Positions 1 to 8,871 of a stretch of DNA of 32,000 nt are shown one piece after another. Where the stretch lies: assembly GCF_026000775.1 (NCBI RefSeq), contig NZ_AP026830.1, positions 797,056-829,055 of the forward strand. The letters run 5' to 3'. The stretch comes from Vulcanisaeta souniana JCM 11219. Lineage in GTDB: Archaea; Thermoproteota; Thermoprotei; Thermoproteales; Thermocladiaceae. Positions within the stretch are counted from its first letter, which is position 1, and each line of letters begins with the position of its first letter. The notes below the pieces were generated by a model. The model was not told the origin of the DNA, did no database searches, and saw nothing but the letters and a program-made list of their open reading frames with translations. Both the position numbers and the translations under genes were made by a program.

Positions 1-378
1 GATTGTGCACCCCGAATATTATTCATGTGATCTTCCCTTTTTAGAACACATGGGCGTTTCTTTAATGGGCCTACAGGGCACGGAATTAAGGCGTATTTAA
101 TTGATGATTCCTGTATATACGGTCCATGCTCGATGTGTGATGAAGTTCACGAAAAGGGAATATTGAGGACCTTACGTACGCCAATGACTGATGAGACCGC
201 AAGTACTAATGCATTAATATCATAAAAAGAAAACCGCCTGGTGCTCCATGAAAAGTAAACCGTTATTGCACCTAGTAAATGGCATCAAGTCATTAGTCCT
301 TTGCCAGGGAGAACTAACGTAGAGAACTTCTATCATAAAAACAACTCCTCAGGGGTCATGTCGGTTATAAACATAGCA

Positions 379-393
379 TTAAAATATTTAATT
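379..393 (+). promoter_or_regulatory. TATA-like box upstream of argS
   Basis: The AT-rich element 'ttaaaatatttaatt' is centred about 30 nt upstream of the ATG at 416. That spacing fits an archaeal TATA box driving a near-leaderless mRNA. Confidence 0.35.
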
Positions 394-415
394 GCGGGTT
401 AGTAGCATATCCGTA

Positions 416-2344
416 ATGAATAACCCATATGATGAAGTGATTAGGGATGTGCAGAGCCTCCTTGGGTTTCTAAGCTCAGAAATTAATAAAGATGTTACTG
501 GGTACATAAATGAAGTCATTAGGGCGCCATCACAGTACGGTTATCTAGCAATACCAATGCACAACATAGCCAGGGAGCACGGAGATCTCAATGAAGTAAT
601 AAGCAGGATCTTGCCCAAGCTTAAATTAATTAACAAGGTGGTATTAATTAATGGTTATTTGAACATTGGCATTAACACCAGGGATTATGCAAGTATTGTA
701 CTGTCAGCAATTAATAAATTGGGTAGTAAATACGGAATAAGTGATAAATGCCCCACCGGTAGCTACATTATAGAGCACACGAGTGCTAATCCTGCAAAGC
801 CCATGCATATTGGCCACGGTAGAAACGCTGTACTCGGTGACTCATTGGCAAGACTCCTCCGTTTTTGCGGAGCCTCCGTTAGGGTTCATTTTTACGTGAA
901 TGACTGTGGGGACCAGATGCCCTACGTGGGCATTGGGTATTATGTATCTAAGGAATTAGTGCTTAATAGGATCAATAATGGTTTGAAGCCGGATGAGGTC
1001 ATGGGCATTGTATACTCGGTTACTTATGCCGTGAGCGAAATTAAGAGACTGAGCAAGCAAATTGAACAGTTGAAGAAAGAGAATAGGTTTGAGGATGCTA
1101 ATAAATTGATCAATGAAAGAGATGAGTGGGTTTCGGTGATTAATAGCTTCATGGAGAGGGACAAGGAACTCACTGAAGCCTTGCTTAGGGAGTTAGGTAA
1201 GTTCGAGGATTTACCGACGATGGTTAAGCAATGGTCAAAGGCTTATGAAGATGGAGATGAGTTTGTGAGGAAGATCATTAGGGAAGCCGTGGATATCGTA
1301 CTTAAGGGCTTTAGGATCACCCTGGACAGGCTCAGTATTGGTTTTGATTCCTGGGACTTCGAGAGCGAGGTAGCCGTAGACAGCGGCGGCGTGTCCAAGG
1401 TAATTAATGAGTTGCTTAGGAAGGCTTCTCAATATATTGAAAGGGACGATGGCGCTCTGGTATTTAGGGCTGATAAGTACGCCCAAGACCTGAGACTATG
1501 GGACGAACTTAAACTTCCCAAGTACATACCAAAGGCAACATTACTTAGAAGCGATGGAACAAGCCTATACCTAACTAGGGATATTGCTTACGCCCTTTGG
1601 TTCTGGAGCAACTTTAAATTCGATAAATTAATAAGGGTCATTGGATCCGAGCAGGCTCATCCACAGGCACAACTTAAGCTCGCACTGTATGCCATGGGCT
1701 ATCATGAAATGGCCATGAAACTAATTCACTACTCGTATGAAATGGTTAACCTAGCTGGCACTAAGATGAGTGGCAGAAGGGGGATTTACGTATCCCTTGA
1801 TGAGTTATTGAATGAGGCCAAGATCAGGGTCATGGACATTGTGAAGGACAGATTCCCGCAGGATGAGGCAAACAGGGTAGCTGAGGCAGTCGCAGCCGGC
1901 GCCATTAGGTACTCCTTCCTCTCAGTGAGTCCCAATAAGCCATTAACATTTTCATGGAATAAGGTACTTAACCTAAAGCAGAATAGTGGACCATTCATAC
2001 AGTATACCTACGTAAGAGCAAATAGTATTTTAGAAAAGGCTGGTGAGTTGCCCAAGGATATTCAAATCCCGAGCAGTATACCGAGTGAGGAAGAGGAAAT
2101 AATACTAATGCTCGGCGAATATCCTGAAGTGATCGCTAGAGCGGCGCAGGAACTAAGGCTCGAGAACTTAATTGATTACGCGAATAGGTTGTCCCTTGTA
2201 TTCAATAGTTATTATGAGAAATACCCAGTGCTAAATGCGGAACCCGAAGTCAGAGAATTCAGGATAAACCTCGTGAATGCAGTAAAGACCGTACTTGGAA
2301 ATATAATGGACATACTTGGGATCCCCAAATTGAAAAGAATGTAA
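416..2344 (+). CDS. argS: Arginyl-tRNA synthetase (class I)
   Basis: The track ORF is 392..2344 with a TTG start. It carries a HIGH-type motif 'PMHIGHGRN', a KMSKS-like 'TKMSGRRG', and an ArgRS-style helical anticodon-binding C-terminus ending in M. The ATG at 416 is preferred as the start because of its spacing from the TATA-like box. Confidence 0.93.
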   Translation: MNNPYDEVIRDVQSLLGFLSSEINKDVTGYINEVIRAPSQYGYLAIPMHNIAREHGDLNEVISRILPKLKLINKVVLINGYLNIGINTRDYASIVLSAINKLGSKYGISDKCPTGSYIIEHTSANPAKPMHIGHGRNAVLGDSLARLLRFCGASVRVHFYVNDCGDQMPYVGIGYYVSKELVLNRINNGLKPDEVMGIVYSVTYAVSEIKRLSKQIEQLKKENRFEDANKLINERDEWVSVINSFMERDKELTEALLRELGKFEDLPTMVKQWSKAYEDGDEFVRKIIREAVDIVLKGFRITLDRLSIGFDSWDFESEVAVDSGGVSKVINELLRKASQYIERDDGALVFRADKYAQDLRLWDELKLPKYIPKATLLRSDGTSLYLTRDIAYALWFWSNFKFDKLIRVIGSEQAHPQAQLKLALYAMGYHEMAMKLIHYSYEMVNLAGTKMSGRRGIYVSLDELLNEAKIRVMDIVKDRFPQDEANRVAEAVAAGAIRYSFLSVSPNKPLTFSWNKVLNLKQNSGPFIQYTYVRANSILEKAGELPKDIQIPSSIPSEEEEIILMLGEYPEVIARAAQELRLENLIDYANRLSLVFNSYYEKYPVLNAEPEVREFRINLVNAVKTVLGNIMDILGIPKLKRM

Positions 2345-2348
2345 TATT

Positions 2349-3560
2349 TCACTTTGTTATGTATATCCTAATGACCGCCCTGTGCCAAAGCCTTGAATTA
2401 ACACCAAGTCTCTTACCCGTAATAGCATCAATGCCTGTAACCGCCTTCTCGGCAATTTCACTATGTACTTCCCTGGCTAGGTCCAGTACCGTGGCGTCCC
2501 TGGGTAGTAATAGGACGTCAGGCAGTACGTTACCCTCGGTATCCGTGAACTTCCTCTCGTCAGCCACTGGGTAGATGGCTATCATGCCGAGAACATCGAA
2601 CACCGCCGTATTCAATGCCTTGATGATGCCAGTACCACCCCACCTATGCATGAAGTCCCTAATCCTCTCTAGAGCGTCCCTTTGGGTCTTGCTTAGGGTG
2701 CTTGATATTATCTCGAAATCATCATCACCCGGCACATACTTAATCAAGTTAGCCTTGGCGGCCTTCCTCAAGGCCAATTCATAATCAGCACTGACTGGAA
2801 TTATCCTGTACTTATTACCCACCTCCTTAACAATCCTCCTGTAATTATCCTCAGCCTCTGGAATATCCATCTTATTCGCTGCAATAACCATGGGCTTACT
2901 CAACTCCCTAAGCATGGAAACGAAACCCTTAATATCATCATCACTCCACCTACTAAGCGGCTTCTTGTCCAGGTCCAACTTTACTAAGGCGTCACTTATC
3001 TGTGCCTGGGTTATGCCTAACCCACTGAACCTTTCATATAGGATATCCAACAATGGCCTTTTTGCATAATCCACAAGCCTAACCAACTTATCCCAATCCT
3101 TACTGAGCATCTGAACCATCCACATGGTAACCTCATTACTAAGGAATTCGATATCGACCAATGGATCATGAGAACCAGGCTTAACCAACCTACCCTCCTC
3201 ATCAGTCGCACCAGCCATATCAATCACGTGAATAAGCACCGGAGCCCTCCTCAAGTGATCAAGGAATTGATTACCCAAGCCCCTACCCTGCCAAGCCCCG
3301 GGTACTAGACCAGCAACATCAATTAGCTCCACTGGTATGAACCTATTACCCTCAATGCATATGGAGTTCCTGGGATTATCCTTAACACCCAAGTCCCTGC
3401 ACACACAGGGTATCCTGACATAGCCAATACCCACGTTGGGCTCAATCGTGGTGAAGGGGTATGGCGCGATCTTAACGTCGATCATCGTTGCAGCGGCGAA
3501 GAATGTGGACTTACCAACATTTGGCTTACCAACAATACCAACCTGAACATGGCTCTGCAA
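2349..3560 (-). CDS. Obg/YchF(OLA1)-like GTPase with C-terminal TGS-like domain
   Basis: The P-loop 'GIVGKPNVGKST' is present, followed by 'DVAGLV' (G3) and 'ANKMD' (G4). The track start at 3680 would overlap the upstream gene, which ends at 3622. An in-frame TTG at 3560 lies directly before the P-loop and downstream of an AT-rich promoter-like stretch at 3561-3621, so it is preferred. Confidence 0.85.
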   Translation of the reverse strand: MQSHVQVGIVGKPNVGKSTFFAAATMIDVKIAPYPFTTIEPNVGIGYVRIPCVCRDLGVKDNPRNSICIEGNRFIPVELIDVAGLVPGAWQGRGLGNQFLDHLRRAPVLIHVIDMAGATDEEGRLVKPGSHDPLVDIEFLSNEVTMWMVQMLSKDWDKLVRLVDYAKRPLLDILYERFSGLGITQAQISDALVKLDLDKKPLSRWSDDDIKGFVSMLRELSKPMVIAANKMDIPEAEDNYRRIVKEVGNKYRIIPVSADYELALRKAAKANLIKYVPGDDDFEIISSTLSKTQRDALERIRDFMHRWGGTGIIKALNTAVFDVLGMIAIYPVADERKFTDTEGNVLPDVLLLPRDATVLDLAREVHSEIAEKAVTGIDAITGKRLGVNSRLWHRAVIRIYITK

Positions 3561-3621
3561 AGGCACGAGGAATAAGGAATAACACCAATTAATAAATTTA
3601 ATATTGTATTTTAACCCAACA

Positions 3622-3948
3622 TCACTTCTGCTGTTGCTGCTGAAGCTGCTGCTTAGGCAGTAGGTATATCTTATTACCAATTATTGAGTTATTAGGTATC
3701 AAGACCTTGGTACCATCACTCTTAATAACCTCGGTGAACAATATTGCCACGTCATTAACGATGCCATCCTCACCAAGTAAATTAACGTGATCATGAATCT
3801 TAAACGGTCTAGCCAATAGCAGGAATAAGCCAGCCACCGCCTGCCCAAGGACCTGCTGAACCGCGAAACCAATCACAATGCCGAGGAACCCACCCACAGC
3901 CACGCCGGCGACTCCACCACCAACGGCACCGGCAATACTTGCAACCAA
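3622..3948 (-). CDS. MscS-like mechanosensitive channel fragment (pore helix plus beta-domain)
   Basis: A Gly/Ala-rich helix 'GAVGGGVAGVAVGGFLGIVIGFAVQQVLGQAVAGLFLLLARPF' is followed by 'VNLLGEDGIVNDVAILFTEVIKSDGTKVLIPNNSI'. This matches the MscS TM3 plus beta-domain pattern. There is no ATG start, only a TTG. The fragment ends in a Q-rich tail. Confidence 0.6.
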   Translation of the reverse strand: MVASIAGAVGGGVAGVAVGGFLGIVIGFAVQQVLGQAVAGLFLLLARPFKIHDHVNLLGEDGIVNDVAILFTEVIKSDGTKVLIPNNSIIGNKIYLLPKQQLQQQQQK

Positions 3949-3959
3949 CGCGCCAATGC

Positions 3960-4175
3960 CTATTGTAGGAATACATTCCTCATGGCCCTAGCAGTTGGGT
4001 GGTCATACCTAAACCTCATAGCCCAATAAATGACGTCGGCGAAGGCTGACACGATTAGGTAGCCAAAGGCAAGTGCAAGCAGTACATTTACGTAACCCTC
4101 ATACGGCTTAACATTTATGCCAAACATCGGTAGCAAGGACGTTATTATCCAGTGAACTATAGCGGCTACCACCAC
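3960..4175 (-). CDS. Two-TM fragment, probable N-terminal part of the same MscS-like gene
   Basis: The 71-aa ORF has two hydrophobic helices and a GTG start. It is in a different frame from the downstream MscS-like fragment and ends 11 nt upstream of it. Confidence 0.4.
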   Translation of the reverse strand: MVVAAIVHWIITSLLPMFGINVKPYEGYVNVLLALAFGYLIVSAFADVIYWAMRFRYDHPTARAMRNVFLQ

Positions 4176-4370
4176 GTATACGATTATATATATATCACAA
4201 GCTTAACTATGGCGTTGGCATAGTGCCTGGCAACCTCCTTCCCACTCATCTCAGGTGTAGTAGTTGCCACGTTTTATTTGCTAAATATCAATTAATAATA
4301 AGCATTACCCAATATATATCTCGGCATAAACCGTTATGCATTAAGTATAGAATTACTCCAATAGAAAGAA

Positions 4371-4988
4371 CTACACGTTCTCCCAAGCCTCGACGAATGC
4401 CTTAGCCATCTTAACTGGGTCCTTGGCGGCAAGTATTCCCGAGATAACCGCGGCGCCCCAGGCACCCATTGCCTTAATCACCGGTATACTCTCGAGTGTT
4501 ATACCGCCTATGGCGTAGACCGGTATGTTTACCGACCTAACAATGTTCCTCAATCCATCCAGACCGGTTATTCTGTAATCGGGCCTTGTCGGGCTTGGGA
4601 ACACCGAGCCGGCGCCTATATAATTAGCGCCCGCTCTCTCACCCTGTAATGCCTCATCAACAGTACTGGCACTTGCACCAATTATTAAACCACCGAATCT
4701 CCTCCTAATTTCATCCACAGGTGCGTCATCAAGTCCCGCGTGGACCCCATCCGCATCGCTTAGTATTGCAATGTCTACCCTATCATCAATTATTAATACG
4801 GCGCCATACTCATTACAAAGTCTCCTAATAGCCTTAGCTTCTTCAAGCAGGACCTTAATGCTACCTTCCTTACGCCTATATTGAATAATCCTAACTCCGC
4901 CTTCAAGGAATACCCTAGCAGCATTCACATGACTCTTTACAGTATAACTAGTATCCGTTATACCATAAATCCCACGAGGAAGCTGCAT
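4371..4988 (-). CDS. thiE: Thiamine-phosphate synthase
   Basis: The 205-aa ORF has the N-terminal 'GIYGITD' and the TIM-barrel ThiE pattern 'IIQYRRK...', 'LIIDDRVDIA', 'ADGVH.G..D' and 'YIGAGSVFPS'. Confidence 0.9.
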   Translation of the reverse strand: MQLPRGIYGITDTSYTVKSHVNAARVFLEGGVRIIQYRRKEGSIKVLLEEAKAIRRLCNEYGAVLIIDDRVDIAILSDADGVHAGLDDAPVDEIRRRFGGLIIGASASTVDEALQGERAGANYIGAGSVFPSPTRPDYRITGLDGLRNIVRSVNIPVYAIGGITLESIPVIKAMGAWGAAVISGILAAKDPVKMAKAFVEAWENV

Positions 4989-5044
4989 ACGTGATATTAC
5001 TCATGTAGATCTTAATAAAGCTAGTAACTGTAATGCGTAAATAA

Positions 5045-6004
5045 TTACCAAGTAACATATGTTATTGTTAGGGAACTGCTTGCCTCATCGAGTCTCTTGA
5101 AGTCCTCCTCACTCAACCTCCAATCAACTGCACCAGCATTCTCAGCAACTTGTGCAGCATTCTTAGCCCCTGGTATTGGCACCACATTACCATGCATTAC
5201 AAGCCAATTAAGCGCTATTTGGGCTGGCGTCTTACTGTACTTTATCGACAACTCCCTAACCACCGGTATTAATTTCGTACTTATTTCCCTAAGATTATCC
5301 AAGTAAAACACAGGTTCATTCTCCCTCAAGTCACCCCTGGGCCTATTCTCCGGGCTGTACTTACCCGTGACTGCACCCTTTGCCAACGGACTCCATGCAA
5401 TGAGTGTGATTCCTTCACGCTGTAGGTAGGGCAAGAGCTCCTTCTCAACTTCTCTCTCAATTAAATTATACCTATTTTGGGAACTGACAATGTCGTTCTT
5501 CTTAAGGCACGAACGAACAGCCTCAAGTAGCTGGAGCGGGTAATTACTAACACCAATGTACCTAATTACACCATCCTCGACTAACTTCTCCATGGCCCTC
5601 ATTGTCTCGCAAATTGGCACATTATGCCAACAAGCCGGCCAGTGAAGCTGAAGGAGGTCAATAACATCGATACCAAGTCTTTCCTTGCTTCGTCTTGCTG
5701 CCTTAAGTACATCATCATACCTATGCCAATCACCCGGTACCTTGGTGGCAATAACAACATGTTCCCTTATACCCAACTCCCTAATCGTTTTACCCACAAA
5801 CTCCTCACTGTGGCCACGCCCATAAACAGCCGCGGTATCTATGAAGTTAATGCCAAGTTCAAAAGCCTTAGCAATAACCTCCTTAGCAATGCCATACTCA
5901 TAAGGTCCCCAAGCATCACCACCAAACTGCCATGCACCAAGACCAATCCTTGAGACCCTCAGTCCAGTCCTACTAAGACTTATATACTCCATTGAAAAAG
6001 GCAT
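5045..6004 (-). CDS. Aldo/keto reductase family oxidoreductase
   Basis: The 319-aa ORF shows the AKR pattern 'RIGLGAWQFGG', 'INFIDTAAVYG.G.SEE', 'IDLLQLHWP' and 'IGVSNY'. Confidence 0.9.
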   Translation of the reverse strand: MPFSMEYISLSRTGLRVSRIGLGAWQFGGDAWGPYEYGIAKEVIAKAFELGINFIDTAAVYGRGHSEEFVGKTIRELGIREHVVIATKVPGDWHRYDDVLKAARRSKERLGIDVIDLLQLHWPACWHNVPICETMRAMEKLVEDGVIRYIGVSNYPLQLLEAVRSCLKKNDIVSSQNRYNLIEREVEKELLPYLQREGITLIAWSPLAKGAVTGKYSPENRPRGDLRENEPVFYLDNLREISTKLIPVVRELSIKYSKTPAQIALNWLVMHGNVVPIPGAKNAAQVAENAGAVDWRLSEEDFKRLDEASSSLTITYVTW

Positions 6005-6099
6005 TGATTATCTACATTTAAACATTATTGCGAGGTTCATTACTTATCGGCTTCAGGTCATAGCGAATATTAAGGATAATGCTTTAGTTGGGCTAATTT

Positions 6100-6447
6100 A
6101 TGAAATATAGGATGGTTATGTATGAGAGTAATTACATCGTTGTTCTTGTTACGGTGCCTAATAGAGATGTTGGCGATGAAATAGCGAGGTTCCTCATTAA
6201 TGATAAGCTGGCTGCCTGCGTAAATGTAATAAATGGACTAAGGAGTATTTATTACTGGAAGGGAGGCGTTGAGGAAGACAACGAGACATTACTCATTATT
6301 AAGTCAAGGAAAGACAAACTTAATGATTTAATAAAATCCATTAGGGAGAGACACCCGTATAAAGTCCCTGAGATAATTGCACTACCAATAATTGGCGGCC
6401 TCACCGAATACCTGGAGTGGATTAATGAAACCCTGAGCCGGGACTAA
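6100..6447 (+). CDS. cutA: CutA1 divalent-cation tolerance protein
   Basis: The ORF contains 'LAACVNVI', 'YYWKG.VEED.E..LIIK' and 'HPY.VPEIIALPI', which are typical of CutA. The true start may be one of the internal Met codons a few residues downstream. Confidence 0.88.
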   Translation: MKYRMVMYESNYIVVLVTVPNRDVGDEIARFLINDKLAACVNVINGLRSIYYWKGGVEEDNETLLIIKSRKDKLNDLIKSIRERHPYKVPEIIALPIIGGLTEYLEWINETLSRD

Positions 6448-6497
6448 TCCCCCGCATAAGGTAAATACTTTATAATACACCTAATGCTATTAGTCCT

Positions 6498-7742
6498 ATG
6501 CCGAGGGCATTACTAGTGATTTTAGACGGCTGTGCCGATAGACCAGTTAAGGAACTTGGTGGGAGGACACCGTTGGAAGTTGCGGTTAAGCCCACAATTG
6601 ATAAGCTAGTCGCTGAGGGTTCTTGTGGTCTCATGGACGTCATTTCGCCGGGCATTAGGCCGGGCAGTGACACTGCTCACTTGGCTATTTTTGGCTACGA
6701 CCCGTATAAGTACTACCCTGGTAGGGGCCCATTTGAGGCATTGGGCGCTGGGTTAACGCTTAATCCAAATGATGTGGCGTTTAGGACCAACGTGGCCACG
6801 GTCAATAATGACTTGGTCGTCATTGATAGGAGGGGTGGTAGGTACATAGACCCTAGTGAGGTTAGGGAAATAGAAAACATAGTCAATAATGAAGTATTAC
6901 CAGTATTAAGGAGTAAGTACGGTATTGACGCCGTCTATAGGCAGACGGTTGAGCATAGGGGTGTCCTCGTCCTTAAGGGCGACACATCACCGCACGTTAG
7001 TGATACAGACCCACACGCCATTGGTGTCAGGGTTTCAGAGGCCAAGGCCTTAAGCGATGACGCCAAGGCCACGGCTAATTACATTAATGAATTCACAAAA
7101 CTCGTTTTCGAGAAGTTGAGCAAGGCTGAGTTTAATGAGAAGAGGAGGAGGGAGGGTAAGGGACCAATAAACATGGTCCTCCTTAGGGGTGCAGGCTCTC
7201 TGAGGAATTTCGAACCATTAAGCTCGAGGTATAGGATCAAGCCAGCGATAATCGCAGGTGTAGCATTAATTAGGGGTATTGGCAGGGCATTGGGCATGGA
7301 TGCCATTAACGTTGATAATTACATTGGTTCTAAGGATGATGACTTCATAGCCGCATTTCAAACTGCAGCTAGGGCTTTGAGTAATTATGACTTCGTATTC
7401 GTCCATGTGAAGCCTACAGACTCCATGTCCCATGATGGTGATGCCAGAGGTAAGGTGATGATTATTGAGAGGGTTGATGCTGGGTTCAGGAGGTTCCTTG
7501 AGGAGATGCCCAGCGATACGTACATATTCATAACCTGCGACCATGCAACTCCGGTAACGGTTAAGGAGCATACTGGTGATCCTGTGCCTTTCATGGCATG
7601 GGGACCGGGTGTTATGAGGGATGACGTTACTCAATTCAGTGAGAGGGCATGTATTAAGGGCTTTTGGAGTAGGATTAGGGGTATTGATGTTATGAACATC
7701 ATAGCCAATTACCTAGGTACCCTTGAGAAGTTTGGTGAGTAA
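6498..7742 (+). CDS. apgM: 2,3-bisphosphoglycerate-independent phosphoglycerate mutase, archaeal type
   Basis: The 414-aa ORF begins 'LVILDGCADRP..ELGGRTPLE.A..P..D' and has a metalloenzyme-superfamily C-terminus 'ITCDHATP...HTGDPVPF'. Confidence 0.9.
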   Translation: MPRALLVILDGCADRPVKELGGRTPLEVAVKPTIDKLVAEGSCGLMDVISPGIRPGSDTAHLAIFGYDPYKYYPGRGPFEALGAGLTLNPNDVAFRTNVATVNNDLVVIDRRGGRYIDPSEVREIENIVNNEVLPVLRSKYGIDAVYRQTVEHRGVLVLKGDTSPHVSDTDPHAIGVRVSEAKALSDDAKATANYINEFTKLVFEKLSKAEFNEKRRREGKGPINMVLLRGAGSLRNFEPLSSRYRIKPAIIAGVALIRGIGRALGMDAINVDNYIGSKDDDFIAAFQTAARALSNYDFVFVHVKPTDSMSHDGDARGKVMIIERVDAGFRRFLEEMPSDTYIFITCDHATPVTVKEHTGDPVPFMAWGPGVMRDDVTQFSERACIKGFWSRIRGIDVMNIIANYLGTLEKFGE

Positions 7743-7747
7743 TTGTA

Positions 7748-8302
7748 TTATTCAAGGTCCTCGAGTGATCTTGCCATTATGTACGCGTCCTCGCCATCAT
7801 GGTAATAACCCTTTATTAAGTCGACTGTTTTATAATTCAATTTCTTATAAAGGTTAATGGCCGGCGTATTGGAGACCCTAACCTCAAGATATACCTCCTC
7901 AGCGCCGTAGAAGTGTTTCATGGCTCTCATGCCCCTAATCATCATGTTATATGCAATACCCACCCTCCTTGCTTCGGGTAATACGCCAATAGATATTACA
8001 TGTCCCTTCCTGGTCGGCTTGCCCTTCCAGATGTAGCTCCAGCCAAACTCAACCCTATTCATCATGTAACCCACGACTTTGCCATCAAGCTCAGCCACTA
8101 TGAAGGCCTTTGGAAAGCTCCTGTAGTGCTCCACAAAGAAAAACTCAGGGTAATTCTCCGGAAGTACGCTCCTGTTAATCGTAACGACCGCATTTAGATC
8201 GTTTAATTCAAACTCCCTAAGTATAAACACTCTACCATCCCTTCCCTTGATGTACTCCTGTCCACTGAGCTTCGACGTGATGTCTTGAATCCTCTCCCCC
8301 AT
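7748..8302 (-). CDS. GNAT N-acetyltransferase (Ard1/RimI-like N-alpha-acetyltransferase)
   Basis: The ORF contains 'LPENYPEFFF', the acetyl-CoA binding-type segment 'GVLPEARRVGIAYNMM' and 'VYLEVRVSNTPAINLYKKLNY'. Confidence 0.85.
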   Translation of the reverse strand: MGERIQDITSKLSGQEYIKGRDGRVFILREFELNDLNAVVTINRSVLPENYPEFFFVEHYRSFPKAFIVAELDGKVVGYMMNRVEFGWSYIWKGKPTRKGHVISIGVLPEARRVGIAYNMMIRGMRAMKHFYGAEEVYLEVRVSNTPAINLYKKLNYKTVDLIKGYYHDGEDAYIMARSLEDLE

Positions 8303-8354
8303 TAGGGCGCCTCTGAATCATGTTAACTTAATACATTTTTCCTTAAGGTGTTAT

Positions 8355-8786
8355 TCATTTATCAAGCAAGTAGGCTGGAATTACCACCAATATTACGAGG
8401 CCCAACGTATATAGAGCAGCGGTAAAGGACCTGTATGAAAGGCTTAGAAAGCCTAGTTGTGGTATTACGAAAACTACCACACCAGCGACATTACCATAAG
8501 GCACGGAAAGTGGGTCAGCCCCTGGATTTGCGTCACCTTTAAAGGTGTATGTACATTCCTGCGTATTGCTAATGGCTATAGCCCTATGTACAATATAATC
8601 GTTATATAATGGCGAGTAGTAAATGGCTACATGACCTAGAAGCGAACTGCAGGGTTTGCTCGGTGGCGTTATTATGACTAGGTCGCCGACCTCGAGTGTT
8701 GGTTCCATGGAGTATGAACTAACTACTGCCCACGGTATTATGACTGACACTGCCAGGATCATTATTAATATATGCCCTATGTTCAT
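8355..8786 (-). CDS. Signal peptidase I, archaeal (S26B/Sec11-like)
   Basis: An N-terminal TM anchor is followed by 'SYSMEPTLEVGDLVII' (catalytic Ser motif) and 'VHRAI' (His motif). A C-terminal hydrophobic segment is also present. Confidence 0.8.
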   Translation of the reverse strand: MNIGHILIMILAVSVIIPWAVVSSYSMEPTLEVGDLVIITPPSKPCSSLLGHVAIYYSPLYNDYIVHRAIAISNTQECTYTFKGDANPGADPLSVPYGNVAGVVVFVIPQLGFLSLSYRSFTAALYTLGLVILVVIPAYLLDK

Positions 8787-8871
8787 TGAGCGATACTTAC
8801 ATTGAGGTACTTAATTTTTACTCGCTCTTGCTAGAGAAAGGTTTTTATAGAAGTGCTTTACGGACTCGCCG

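Larger units (their letters stand above)
3622..4249 (-). pseudogene. MscS-like channel gene apparently split over three reading frames
   Basis: Three consecutive minus-strand ORFs are each shifted by the same amount: 4249..4184 (21 aa), 4175..3960 and 3948..3622. Removing one TA unit from the (TA)5 run at 4185-4195 fuses the first two into a continuous TM helix, 'IVKLVIYIIVYVVVAAIVHW'. Confidence 0.45.

Noticed and set aside
1-146. Possible partial genes at the left edge. One is a plus-strand frame ending at about 100 ('...HMGVSLMGLQGTELRRI*'). The other is a minus-strand ORF starting at the ATG at 26 and running out of the window.
   Set aside because: Both are too short and motif-free to decide between, so no feature was called.
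137-191. A possible C/D box sRNA in the 5' non-coding stretch, with 'GUGAUGA' at 137-143 and 'CUGA' at 188-191.
   Set aside because: The C-to-D distance is roughly right. However, there are no recognisable internal D' or C' boxes and no terminal stem. These short boxes occur often by chance in AT-rich DNA.
3625-3654. A CAG/CAA-rich stretch encoding 'KQQLQQQQQK' at the C-terminus of the MscS-like fragment.
   Set aside because: It is a short, imperfect, low-complexity tail and does not qualify as a repeat element in its own right. It is noted under the MscS finding instead.
4989-5044. A TPP riboswitch was looked for upstream of thiE.
   Set aside because: Only 56 nt are available. I saw no conserved 'CUGAGA' or pyrimidine-sensor helix elements, and TPP riboswitches are not expected in Crenarchaeota.
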